From positions 1,612,001 through 1,676,000 of the forward strand of contig ML978121.1 in the NCBI GenBank assembly GCA_010015805.1: a stretch of 64,000 nucleotides of DNA, in the 5' to 3' direction. This DNA comes from Rhizodiscina lignyota. Taxonomy: Eukaryota. A model generated the notes under the pieces. The model was not told where the DNA came from and did no database searches. It saw only the letters and a list, made by a program, of their open reading frames with translations. Below, one piece after another: positions 1 through 12,200 of this stretch. Both the position numbers and the translations under genes were made by a program. Each line of letters begins with the position of its first letter. The first letter of the stretch is position 1.

Positions 1-2
1 TA

Positions 3-857
3 GAAGATGAACTCCAACCTCCGGACGACGAACCCGCTCCTCCTCCGATCGAAGCCTTACTTGAGAATGGCATCCACGAGGATCATGCACCTGCCTTTGA
101 CGCTCCACAGCCAGCCTTCCAAAATCAGCAACACCAGCCCGCGCCGCGTGCGAATCGCGAGAATATCGGCGCCAAAAAGGCGCGCTCCATCACCCGCCGC
201 AACCAGCGCCGGCAGTACCACGGATGGATCCGCGAGCAAGCTGAGGCAAGACGCGCGCAGGAAGCTGTAGGTGCAGAGGAGCGTGAAGCGGCACTACAAG
301 CGGAGAAGGAGAGGAGGTTAGAGGTAGAGAAGAAGTTGGATGAGAAGAGGATGAAGGAGAGGAGTCTGGTAAAGGCCGAGAGGGAAGTGCGGGAACAGAG
401 GGAAGCGAAGAGGAGGGTTGATTGTGAGAGGTTTGTCAAGGACAGGCTGAAGGAGGAAGGCTGTGTTGAGATTGTTGAGGTGGTAGAAGAGGTTTGGCAG
501 GACGAGGATAGCGATAGCGGAGGCCTTTGGAGCAAAGGCAAGGGAAAGGCAAATGCCGAAGAAGAGAGATCATGGGAAGAAAAGGCCATTTGGGTGGAGA
601 GACTCCTGAGGGCGATACCGGGGCTGCTGGGAAAGAAGAACGTCGTGAAAGAGAACGGGACAGAAGCGGTCGTAATGACGATGTTGACGACTGGTGGATG
701 GATCGTTAAGATTGATGAGGACGTCATGAGAGATGCATATGCAGCAGCAGCTCAGATGGCGAGGGATAAAGTAAAGGCAGGGTATGATGGCAAGGTCACG
801 ATGATGGAGCTCGGGCATGTCCTCGAGGATATCCTCATGGCAAGAGCAGGTGGTTGA
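3..857 (+). CDS. DDRGK1/UFBP1-like coiled-coil + winged-helix protein, 5' partial
   Basis: Frame is open from position 3 into the 336..857 ORF. IGAKKARS...RRNQRR is followed by an E/R/K-rich coiled coil. The C-terminus (FVKDRLKEEGCVEIVEV...MLTTGGWIVKIDEDVM...GKVTMMELGHVL) aligns by eye to the DDRGK1 winged helix. Confidence 0.6.
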   Translation, partial: EDELQPPDDEPAPPPIEALLENGIHEDHAPAFDAPQPAFQNQQHQPAPRANRENIGAKKARSITRRNQRRQYHGWIREQAEARRAQEAVGAEEREAALQAEKERRLEVEKKLDEKRMKERSLVKAEREVREQREAKRRVDCERFVKDRLKEEGCVEIVEVVEEVWQDEDSDSGGLWSKGKGKANAEEERSWEEKAIWVERLLRAIPGLLGKKNVVKENGTEAVVMTMLTTGGWIVKIDEDVMRDAYAAAAQMARDKVKAGYDGKVTMMELGHVLEDILMARAGG

Positions 858-868
858 ATTCTGGCATG

Positions 869-1976
869 CTACATCTTCGGTTTCTCGTCACCCTTTGACT
901 GGAACAAGCCGGGCCTTCCACCAGGGACACTTCCTAGTCTAACCATGCCATCTTGGAAAGTGCTTAGCACATGCAGCCCATCCTCTCTGAAATACTTCGA
1001 TGGTGCCAACGCCCTCCCATATGCATATCGGCCTACCCATGCTTCCTGGACGAACCATCGTGCGTTTCCGTCCTCATCATACCAACTCAGCTCCTCCGGC
1101 GACACATGGAAAACTACGGAATGATGCAGACTGCCTAGTCTGTAATAGTTATCCGCGTCGTGCTCTTGCAGAAAGTTGGGAATGATGAATAACCCATTGG
1201 AGTCACTGCTATACAGATGTGCAGCAACATGCATATTTGGATCTTCTGCTACCGGCGGCATTGGCCCTCTTATTCTGTAGTACTGCAATTGCACGCGGTC
1301 ACTCGGTTCGACAGTGGAGTTGTACGGCCTCATGTCGACTTTTCGCCTCGATACGCCTGGGAAAGGGATATTTGAGTCTCCCTCAGGCGAGTTGCCTGGC
1401 CTTGTCATGTATTTCCAAAACCATGGAGAATCGATAGCAGGCGCTTCCGGCCATTCGTCAGGTCTTTTGGATCTAAGTGCTACTCCATACTTCTCTCGGA
1501 GATCGACTTGCTGCTGGACGTCGAGACCGCGCGGCTCTGGCTGTTTGAAGGAGCATATGCAGGTGTACATGAGCTTTTCCGGCCTGCCTTGATACACTTC
1601 GACGTTGCGCGTGCAGTAGCCACGGCCCTCTCGAAGATTGCGTACCCGGTAGAGAAAGTGGATATCGGTACGGCCTTCTACGAGGAAATAGCCCGTGAAG
1701 TTCTGACACATATCAGCATACAATTGTACAGATATTTAGATTGGCATTTGGACTGAAATAAAATTTCTTGTTCAATATATGTGAAAATGATTTCCTTACA
1801 TGCACAACGAAGCCATTCCTAACTGTTCGCGACGCTGCAAGCAACGCCTGTGCCATAAAATGTCCGCCATAAGCTCTCGTCTCGAACCCAGGTGCTAAAG
1901 TTGTCGATCGATAGGTGTCATCATCTATTTTCTCCAGTTTCATCTGGTCTACAAAATTCGTTGTATCCGTTGCCAT
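869..1976 (-). CDS. Acyl-CoA thioesterase II (TesB/Tes1 family), probably peroxisomal; 2 exons
   Basis: Motifs YGGHFMAQAL, AHLYSSD, SLHHSVVFH and STFQDGMVR. Intron 1799..1703 (GTAAGG...GCTGAT...CAG). C-terminus -PKM resembles a PTS1 variant. Confidence 0.88.
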
Positions 1977-2161
1977 TGCGCCGGTGTGTCGACTGTGCCA
2001 TATGTGAACGACCGGACAAAATTAGGGGATGCTGTACTCTGTTCTCTTTGACATGCAAACTTCAATCATAATGTTCATGTTCCCTCAAATTACACCTGGG
2101 AGGAGGCCAGTTTAATAGGCAGTTTTGCAACTCTCTTTCCGCGCAAAGTCGTCAGCCCCCG

Positions 2162-2167
2162 CCGAGG
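2162..2167. promoter_or_regulatory. CCGAGG (FarA/FarB-type fatty-acid response motif)
   Basis: Exact CCTCGG/CCGAGG hexamer ~190 bp upstream of the thioesterase start. Short motif, could be chance. Confidence 0.3.
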
Positions 2168-2412
2168 TCGTCAATTGTGGATCTCAAGTCATGCAAGGGC
2201 TACATTTCCGAAGTAAGCTACTTCGCAAGCTTACGCCCTGTGAGTTGTAAAATAAGCTTATGTCGTATGAGATCAGTCGCTTCATTTCTTGCAAACTCAT
2301 AGATTTATTATTTATGTTTCCCGGCATACATGTAACGCGAACATCTTTTGTAATAGGTAATACAGTGGCTATGCTATATTATTCTCCGGTCGCACTCCAT
2401 TCAAACCCCGAT

Positions 2413-3613
2413 TCAAGGTTTGTCTAGAGTTGGATGCAGGGTTGCTGCATAGGAAAGAACATCCTCCACCTTGACGCCGCCCGCGCCTTTACCATCATTC
2501 GGCCGAGGCCAACGCACACCATCCTTCTCACCTCTAACATCAGGGTACGGTCCCATCGGAGTGATAGCCTTCGGATTGATGTCGTAGTGAGACTTGGTGT
2601 AGTTCTCCTTGATATGCTTGAAGTCGGTCGTCTCTTTGAAACCCTGAACATTCCAATACACATGTGCCAGCCAAGCTTCGATATACGGATAGTCGTGACG
2701 AATCATACCCAAGTTGCACTTGAAGTGCTGAACATAGACAACGTCGAAGCGCACAATGGTGGCGTAGACACGGATGTCTAGCTCCGTTAACTTGTCGCCG
2801 AGGACAAAGGGACCGCCGAGAGAAGAAATGGTTTCCTCGAGCTTGTTCAGCGCGCCGAACACAGGGATGACGTTCTTGTCATACACCTCTTGATTGGGAG
2901 CAAATCCGGCCTTGTATACGCCCGCGTTAAGATCACTATTGATCCAGACTGTGAGCCGGTCGATCTCGAGGCTTAATTCGTCTGGGTAGAGGTTGAGGCC
3001 CAATCCCGGATTGGTCTTCTTGATACTATCAAAGGCTGTTGGAAGCCAGCGAAGCATCTCAGCGCTCTCCTATGAAAGGATTGATATTAATACAACACAA
3101 CCTCCCAGGAGCATTTAGAATTGCATGGATGTCTCACATTGTTCACGATCGTATTGAGTTTCTTATCCCATAGAACCGGGACGCTGTATCTCCCTTTATA
3201 ATCGGGATCAACCTTGAAGTAAACCTCATGAAGATACTTGCTGCCGAACAAATGGTCGACAGTGGCGTTTGGATACTCGTCGTCCGATGCAGGAAATTGC
3301 CATCCAGGCCAGCCTTTTTCGTCCCCTTTGGGATACGGCTTGACGACGGAAAGGGTGATATAGCCTTCCAAGCCAGCGAGCGAGCGCACGAGATTTACTC
3401 GGTGAGCAAAGGGACAGAATAGGCCTGGATTGTAGTCAGAAGACCGAATGTAATCAAAGATGGGCGTAACTCGGTCAACGGACCTATGTATAAGTGATAA
3501 CGGTCGGGCTCTGGAGGAAATGGTCCATTTTCCGAGATGACTCCATGCCAGCCGTCGTCGGTGCCTGCCTTGTGAGAGTCGATGCGTGATGGGCTCATGT
3601 TGAGAGGGCTCAT
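2413..3613 (-). CDS. Omega-like glutathione S-transferase / glutathionyl-hydroquinone reductase (Ecm4/YqjG family); 3 exons
   Basis: Motifs FPPEPDRYHLYIGLFCPFAHR, SVPVLWDKK, NNESAEMLR, GVYKAGFA, RFDVVYVQHFKCN and HIKENYTKSH. Introns 3483..3425 and 3137..3070. Confidence 0.92.
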
Positions 3614-4387
3614 ATGTAGAGTAAACTCCTCTGTTTGGCTTTCTCGGAATTGAAGCTTGAAAGTAGAATGAAAACAGAAGTCTACGATGAATCACTCGAA
3701 GGCAGCCAAGTCGTGCCTTCAGCTTCGGGCCATTGTTTAGTAAATATGGAAGACACTACACGATACGTTACTTATGCCCTAAGCAGGCAATTTCTCGAAT
3801 ATATAATCCGTACGACTTCGAAGACGAGGAAGCGGAAGCCTTGCGCATTCATGACGGAAACCGCTCGGATATTATTAAGCTGCGATGGACGACAAGCCAC
3901 AGGAAGGAGTGGAGTGGCCCTGGTGGCTAGCCAGACTCGAAGAGTGTGGCGTTGGAAATGTGGAGGGAGGCTCCCGCCTTGTTTGAACGTAAAGACACTT
4001 CAACCTGAGTTGTCTCTGAGGAGAATGGAGGCTCGTCCGACCGAGCAGAACTGATTACATAGGGCTCCTTTGTTATCAGTAACTCTGACCATGTAGAGCG
4101 AGGTGAGCCTCAGCGTCACGCATTCCTTCGTGCAGAAAGACGAACGTATCGACACTATTTAATATTCAGCTGAAATTTCGAGTGAGGATACATACTCGAG
4201 CCAACCAACGAGGCACAACGACGCCCACAAGCAATCTAGCCTGGAATAAGCCCGGAACAATTGTATATGGAAGTTAGCTGAATATTCGATATTCCTCGTC
4301 ATGCATGTTAAATACAAGAGTCGCTCAAATGAATCTCAACTTTTGCACTTTCATTTCTTCGTGGCGTTTACTTCCTCCCATCTCATC

Positions 4388-5193
4388 ATGGCGCAAGATA
4401 AACCTACGATTGTAATTGTCCACGGGGCATGGCATCATCCAGAATATTTCTCTACAGTGGGTCATTCCCTCGAGAGCAAAGGCTATGAAGTTGTCTGTCC
4501 TCGTTTACCAACTTGTAACAACGCCATCCCGCCAGATCAGACGCTGTCGGACGATGTCGCCCTTATTCGATCGACGGCGCTGAAGCTTGCGGACGCCGGG
4601 AAGGAGATTGTCGTTTTGTGTCACAGCTATGGCGGTGTTGTCTCCACCGATGCGCTGTACGACCTCTCAGTTGAGAAGCGAGCAGCACAGAATCTGAAAG
4701 GCGGCATAAAGAGGCTAGCCTATATGTGCGCATTCATCCCCAAGAAAGGGGAGGGGCTCGCAGACATATTTGGCGGCACGCTGCCACCATGGATCCAGCC
4801 ACAGGTACGACACCCTTTTCCAGTTCTGGCCTGAATGTAGCAGAGTTGACAAAAGCTTCCAAGCCCAACAAAACGCTTGCACTCGTCAATCCAGAAAATC
4901 ACTTCTTTCACGATACTAGTGATCCCGAGCACTGGGCTTCGTTGCTGGTGACACATCCAACAGACGCGCAGTCGGACCCTGTCAGCCACGAGGCCTGGCG
5001 TGAAATTCCCGTCACGTACCTCATCTGTGAAGGAGACCAAGGATTGCTGCTGGAGTTTCAGAAGATGATGATTGCAAGAATCGAAGCAGAAGGTGTGAGA
5101 GTCACGACGGAGACTTGTACCGCGAGTCATTCTCCATTCCTTTCCATGCCTCAGCGAGTTGTAGAACTTGCGATAAATGTAGCGAATTCGTGA
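4388..5193 (+). CDS. Alpha/beta hydrolase (AB hydrolase-1/6, methylesterase-like); 2 exons
   Basis: VHGAWH oxyanion motif, HSYGG nucleophile elbow, C-terminal ASHSPFLS. Intron donor GTACGA at ~4805. Confidence 0.88.
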
Positions 5194-5383
5194 GCGAGGA
5201 ATTTTTAATATAAGCGGAAGGTTTGGAGACTGAATATGCAGCGTAAAATTTCCACTTGGAAACATCTGTTCTGACCATTGAGAAAAAATCAAACCAAAAA
5301 CCCGAAGCCCAGAAATACCTCGAATGCTACATGAACCGTCTCCGCGTGGCCGATTTAACCCAATCAAAACACCTGAGAACCTA

Positions 5384-8300
5384 TCATCTTTCAAACTCAA
5401 CAACCTTTCTAGTCTCGCCACTTGACTCGCTGAGACTCGTAGGTCTTCTACCGACCCCTTCAACTGGCGCATCCATCAGATTCTCCACCTGCCCATGCGC
5501 CGCACCACCGCCAGCTTCTGCATCGGCGCCCTCGAGCAAATCCCTATCACTTTCCTTCACGCTCTTTATACTCCTCCTCTCTGCATCACCACCAGCCGTG
5601 GGGCTCGTCAGGCCAGCGCCCAAACTGAGATCCACGTCGGCATTCTCATCGTCATCGTCCTCGTCTTCAGCATTCCTCTTCGAATTTATACTTGCAGCAT
5701 CTAATTCCTTCTGTGCCTCGTCCATTCTCCTCCTTACTTCTGCCGCAACTCGCATACCGTCGCTGACGATATTATCCAGCATACCGCGGATGCCCTTACC
5801 CGGTGGCCCGACGCCGCTAGATTGAGGCCCTACGGGGCCTGCGGTTATCGGACTCGAGACCTTGCGGCCAAGGTTGGCGAAGGTGGTGAGATTAGAGGAA
5901 GACGAAGCGGATGAGGGTGTCGGGATGTCGGAGAGGCGGAAAGAATTTGCAAAAGCAGCGTCAAAGAAGTGCTCGAGCGCCTCATCGGCAAGGACAAGCA
6001 TGCGGAAGGTTGGAAGAGTTATGAACAGCGGGTGTGCCGGGTCGAGAGCTGCATTTGCGGCATGCGTGTTCGACTTGGACGAAGGTCGAGCTTGGCTCAG
6101 AGGATCCGTTGATGTGGGTGTAGGAATAGACATCTTTCTCTTGATGGGAGATTTAGGTTTCTCACCAAAGTCAAGGAGGTCGTCCTGGTCTTCCTCGTCG
6201 CCTCCGATTTGGAAAGAGTCCACAGCCGCAGTCGTCTCATCGACGTCGGCAGACTCGGTGTTCGCTGGGTTATCAGGATCGGCATATTCGAAACATCTTC
6301 TGATGAAGGCTGATACACTGCTTAAGAACTGCTCATCCCTTTCTCGTTTGGAGCTCGTTCCTGCACCGTTGCTTCCTTGATCCGTCATCGAAGAGGATGG
6401 TGACTGCGGTCCATCAATGCCACGTCGTGAAAGGAATAGCAAAGCTTCTGATATTCTGAGAATGCCCTCACGGTCAACCTTCCCATCGTTGTCATCATCG
6501 TAAAGTTCGAAAAAATAGCTGATGTTGGTCATGATGTCTTTGGTACCCTTTACGGAAGCCATGCCATTGACCACATTCTGTAAAGTCAATGCATCGTCGT
6601 TGTCGGTATCCCAGCGTTTGAATAAACGTCTCATGAACTCATGGTCCGTCGGCTCTGGTCCCAATCCCCAAGGCGATAATGAAACATTGCGAGTCTTGAT
6701 GGAACCAAAATATGAATAGTTTTGCTTTTCAGACACTTCGCTAGGAGAGCTAGGCGAGTCGGTAACAGCCCACTTCGTAATACCTGCAACACGGTCAGCA
6801 TCAATTTGAGAACATGAAGGATCTGCATCAGTAAATACCAGCGAGGAACTCCCTGAACGCGCTATAGTCCATTTGAGTCGTGCTCGGACCGAGCCCTACC
6901 CTTCCCATGGAGACGTTATCCTGCGTAGGCATTCCCTGGACGACCTCGGATGCCTTGTTCTTCGCTGCACTTGCTCGCCTATCCGCTTCCTGTTGGATCA
7001 TTTGCATGCGTTGCTGCCGTTCGTACAGGACACCGTAGAACCTGTCGTACAAAAAGCCGAGGTCGTTCTGACTTAATTTCTTACTTTCCGGGCCCAGGTT
7101 CCTGATTGACGTGCGCTTCGCAAAGTTCTCGATATTGTCGAGGACCGCTTCCTTATGCTTGGATCGTTGCTCTGCAATAGTACTTTGCGTGATGCCAGCG
7201 AACTCTTTGAAAGCAACGACCATCAGCTCTTGGAACTTGGTAATGGCTCGTATTTTTGGATTCTCCGACTTTGGGTGCGCGGACTCGTCGAGCCTGGAGA
7301 AATACGACTTGAGGACTGAGATAAATGTTCCATCGTCTGTTGCATCTAATAGTTCTTCGCCGTTTATCCGAAGGATGGCCAGCCCTATCTGGAACAGGAC
7401 TTTTGGTCCTTCCAGAAAGAAAACGTCTAAGACACGGAATGCGAAGATCAGTGGCATCGAGTTGATGTATAGTGAAAGGAACCACGGTAACGAGACGACC
7501 GATAGTTGAACATCTGACTTGACGAGGTGATCCCAGATAATGGGCATGGTCTTTTCCACAAGCGATTCGAAGACTTTCTGGTCCAGCAAGGTTCCATACA
7601 TTGTCGTCGAGTAGTATCCGGGAACAAGACGGTCGCAAAGCACCGAGAGGAGAAAGAATGCTTGTGTCTCGGACATGTATCTAGTTTTGTCAGATAGATT
7701 GAAGGGGAAATTGGATGTAAACTCACATGAGAAGTGCAGCAACTACGATATTCATGGCCTGGCAGTATCCAACGTCTGGATTCGTCCAGCTGTAGGCTGT
7801 GAGAACACGCCGAAGTCTGCCAATGCCTTCTTCACTCTGAAAGCCCGGGTATTCTGGCAAGCTGCGATTTAGATCTTTCTCGATTTCGTCTATCGCTAAC
7901 GATTCTTGGCCAGAGAATTTGGTGAGAGTCTGAGTATACAGCTCTGGATTCTGTAGGCGCAGATACAGCGATCCCGACGTGAGCTCCCACGTTTCACCTC
8001 TCAGCCGATTCGGTAGACCGACACGGATGAGCTTGTGAAACGTGGGCTGCCGTATCAGGGTCGCATTTCTGCCATTCTCTCGCAGGTATTCCTTCCACAG
8101 TCTCATCTTCGCCTTATCCCGCAGTTTTCGAGCATCTCCAGGATACCGAAAGACCGCACCAAGCCCAGTGTCCGGTGCTTCGTGTGGCCTCGCTGGCTGG
8201 CCCTTCGTGTCATCTTTCCGGACGGTGCTCTCCTCTGATAAGTGATACTCAGAGTAGCACTCGTCAACTACCTTCTTCAGTTTATCCACTTCCCTGATGC

Positions 8301-8889
8301 CATCTCTTAAACCCTTCTTGAGGCCGTCGCAGAATCTCTCACACTGCTGCCGACTCCCAGCCAATTGTATTGTAAGCTTTTGTGGAACGAAGTCCTTCGA
8401 ATCCTTCGTTTTCACATCGTTGAAACCATTCGAAGTCGTGATTGAGAGTGAGAATGAGAGTGTATTCTGCGTATGTAGGCGTTCGACGCGTCGGATCGCG
8501 CAGAGGGGGAGTGTGAATCCATTGCCAGCTGGACCGGTCCCATGAGTCTGACCGGTGAAAGAGCTCGAAGCACTGGTACTGGCAGTGCTAACGAAACTCG
8601 CAGCTTGTGTAGAGAAGCATATGAATTGTTCGCTCAGATGTAGTTTGCCCACATAGTGATTGCCCTGTCGCTTTACATCTGCGTTTTGATTGTTCCGCAA
8701 GGAGTAATGCGGGGACAGTGTAAGCTCAGCGGTGATCTCTTGGAGGGGGTTCTGCGAGTCTGGAAGACGGAATTGATGTCTGAAGAGCGCTGCCTTGGAG
8801 GGCCTGTTATCTGAGCTCTGGCCGGGAAGGAGGTTCGGATCTATAAACGACTGTGCTTTCTGGACGAGAGAGGAGAGATTGCTGAACAT
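5384..8889 (-). CDS. GYP2: Rab GTPase-activating protein Gyp2/Mdr1-like (GRAM + TBC + EF-hand); 3 exons
   Basis: TBC fingers IEKDLNRSLP and GYCQAMN. GRAM-like GKLHLSEQFICF. EF-hand-like loops WDTDNDDAL and YDDDNDGKVD. Three ORF pieces joined by two short introns. Confidence 0.9.
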
Positions 8890-9226
8890 GGCGGAAGGGC
8901 GGGATCATCTAGAGAGGTATCTGCATGTAAGTATTTGTAAAAGTCACTAGAGACGCGTCTGCTCTTCGTGTGAGCGTGTTCGAAGTTATCATCCCATATT
9001 CCGAGCGGGATAGGCTTGACTGCTTGGTGCAGGAGGCTGAATTGCTGCGGCTTCTAATGGAGCTTATGCTGTATGCAAGCCACGCAGGGGCCAACGCCCT
9101 GTCGGAATCCCTTCTCTGACGTCGGAAGTCACGTGCCATTGATCACAAATTGTAACTTCCATACTCTTCATTAATTTCTCATTTGCTGGATATCTCTATA
9201 AGCACCTATGTCTTACGGTGCCGTTA

Positions 9227-12200
9227 TCATCTACTCGGCCAGAGCTTCCTTGTATTCTGCAGGAAACCGATGCCTTTCGCCTTCTGCTCATGAGCATGTC
9301 CTTCCTCCTGTACATCGTGCTGCGTGACAACAGCCAGGAAGACTTGGTCCAGAGTTGCCTGACTCACAGAGTAGTACTCAAAGCCCAGGTCTTCCTTGTT
9401 CTTCTCCAAGAGTGAAAACAGCCCAGCAATACTTATCCCCGCCGGGGCAGCCGACTTGATTTCTTCGTCCCCGCCTTCGAACGAAGCATCTGCGCCCTTG
9501 TTCGGGACACTGAATCTCAGCTGCCCGTGGAAGACTCTATCTTCTGTCAGCGCACCCTTGATATTCTCCTTGATCCATCTCTTGACCCTCTCCGCTTCCT
9601 CGTCGCTCACGTGTGGCGCACCCTTGAGCACCACGTGCACATGGAAAGCGTCGCCGTATCGTTTCCTCAACTGCTCTGTATTTCCCAGCGCAAGCATTCT
9701 CCCCGCCATGATGCCTACACGGTCCGCGAGATATTCTGCCTCTTCCAATGAATGAGTCGTGATGACAAGGCTGCGCCCGCCACTCACAGCTTCAAGAGTG
9801 CGCCACATGATACGCTTGCTAGCAGCGTCCATTCCGCTGCTTGGCTCGTCGAGGAGAAGCACAGATGGATTGCCCATTAATGCTATAGCCAAACTGAGCT
9901 TCCGCTTATTGCCACCAGAGAGGGCGGCCGCCATCCGCGTGGAAAACGCTTGCAAGCCAACTGCTTCGATAATTGCTCGGACGTTGTGCTCAACATCTGG
10001 CACGCCTCTAGCGCGTGCGTAGAATCGGAGATGCTCCTCGCAGGTCATTGTATCCATAGCGTCAAATTGCGGGCAAACGCCGAGATGCGACCTTGCTGCT
10101 GCTCGGTGTGCAAGGATGGAAGTCCCTTCGACAAAGACATCACCTCCAGTGTGGCCATGAGAGCGTGACGGCCGGAGATCTCCACGAATCAAGCTGATAG
10201 TCGTCGACTTGCCCGCACCGTTTGGACCCAAGAGAGCAAAGGTCTCGCTATGCTGAACACCAAAACTGATATCATTGACAGCTGTGTTGGAGCCGAAAGA
10301 CTTGGTGAGATGTAAGACGCGCAGTCCATCGTTAGAATCTTTCACACGAGCAACTTCGGCAACAACATCTGCGTCCTGCGGGTAAGGCTTTTCTTCTTCA
10401 TCCACCGCTCGATCCTTCGAACGGATTAGCCATGCTGGTTTGTACCCACTATCCCACCAAACGAGGAATGTGAATAGGACAGCCGCCTGGAGTATGAGGT
10501 ACAGAATCGGAGAGCCGTAGACTGAAAAAGCCCCGGGGTACGACGCTTTCTGATCGCCTCTGCAGAGTGTGGAGAACTCGTTTAGTGTTAGTAGTAGGGA
10601 TCGAAGCAGATTGCCCGAAGGAAAGAAGATCCCGATGACATACTGAGCGATCAGAATGTCATGATCGATCTGTGTTGCCGGTACGTACGTGACGATGCAC
10701 ATGAATGTGATGAAGTAGATGAGGAAGAAGACAGCCTGGCCTCCGGCTGCGAAGGCGAACGCTGCTAGTTGCGAGCTCACAAACAGTGAAACACAGTAGG
10801 ACAGCAGAATTGAGGTCAAACCGTAGAGGAAGAACACCACGAACAGGTATCCAGGAGCGTACCAGACGTCTGAAGTTGCTACCCAAATAATTGTCACCAG
10901 CGCGCTGATAAGCAGAACGAACAAGAAGTCGAAAGCAGTGTAAGCCAAGAACAGTGGGCCAGCTCTGATGCCATTCGAATAGTGCAAAGCTCGTACATTG
11001 CGAAGTCGTTCGACAGTCGGATAGAGCGCGAAGAAGCCAGGGGAAGCGGACATGGCAAGTCCGAAGTACAAGATGAGTTGAAGAGTGTCGCCGGCCTTGC
11101 TTGCGAGCGGAAGAGCAAAGCTGCGAAATGTTGCAACGACCGGCACACGTGTGAGGATGTTATTGAGAAGGTTCTGGGTGAGAAGCGCCGTGGCTACCTG
11201 CCAATTTCCAACGTACGCGAAGGTGGGAGTGCTGTCAGAGCTGTTCCCGAGGAAGAAACCGCCTGGAGTGACGTTTGCATATCGTTGTTTAATGAAGCCA
11301 TTAAAGTCGTCTAAGGAGTCGACAGTATGAAACTCCGAAATATTCAAGGCGAATTCTTTTGCCAAAGCTCCTTGCGAGAGCTGTCCAGAGGGCGGGCCGA
11401 AAGGGATGAGCAAGTCAATCAGATTGCCAGTGTTCAGGCCAGTCTCGCTACCTTCCGACACTTGAGATTCCGGAGAACAGTTCTGACCGTGAAAGTTATG
11501 TAAAAAGAATGTAACCAGCCCAGCTGCAATGACTGGTATTATCACAGCAAACAAGTACGGGAGATAGTTCTGTCGCAGAATAGTGATGCGTTTCCGGAAT
11601 AAAATCCATGACTGGCGGAGCATGGTTGTTCCATTTCCAGTATAAAGTTGGAAGGTGGTATCGTGCTCTGAATCCTCAGCGGAGGCCTTGTCAAGCTCTG
11701 TCAACGAAGTTGGTGAGAGCTTGCCATTTTCAGCCGCTTTCACTACGACGCGAGCTGTTTCTAAGGCATAGTTTTCCTGAACTTCTTCCGCAAGCTTGAG
11801 GAAGACATCCTCGATGGTAGGGCCTGTGACTTGATAATCGTAGACGTGCTGAGCGTCAAGCGCTGCTACAAAGCTGGCAGCATGAGCGGAGTCACCGAGC
11901 TGGTAGATAACTTCTTCTCCAACCGTGGTGCGTTGGATAAACGCAAGTCCATGGTGATTAATGTCCAGCTTACGAGGAAGGCGCACTCTGTAGCCACCTC
12001 CGAGCTTCTCGCACAATTCCACTGCGCTACCTTCAGCTTTGAGGTTACCCTTTGAAAGGATCGCTATATGGTCGGAGATCAACTGTGCCTCGTCTAGGAA
12101 GTGTGTGGTGAAGAGTAAAGTCCTGACACCACGTTCTCGGAGCAGTATATCCCAGATCTTCCGTCGCGAAAGCGGATCAAGCCCGCTTGAGACTTCGTCA

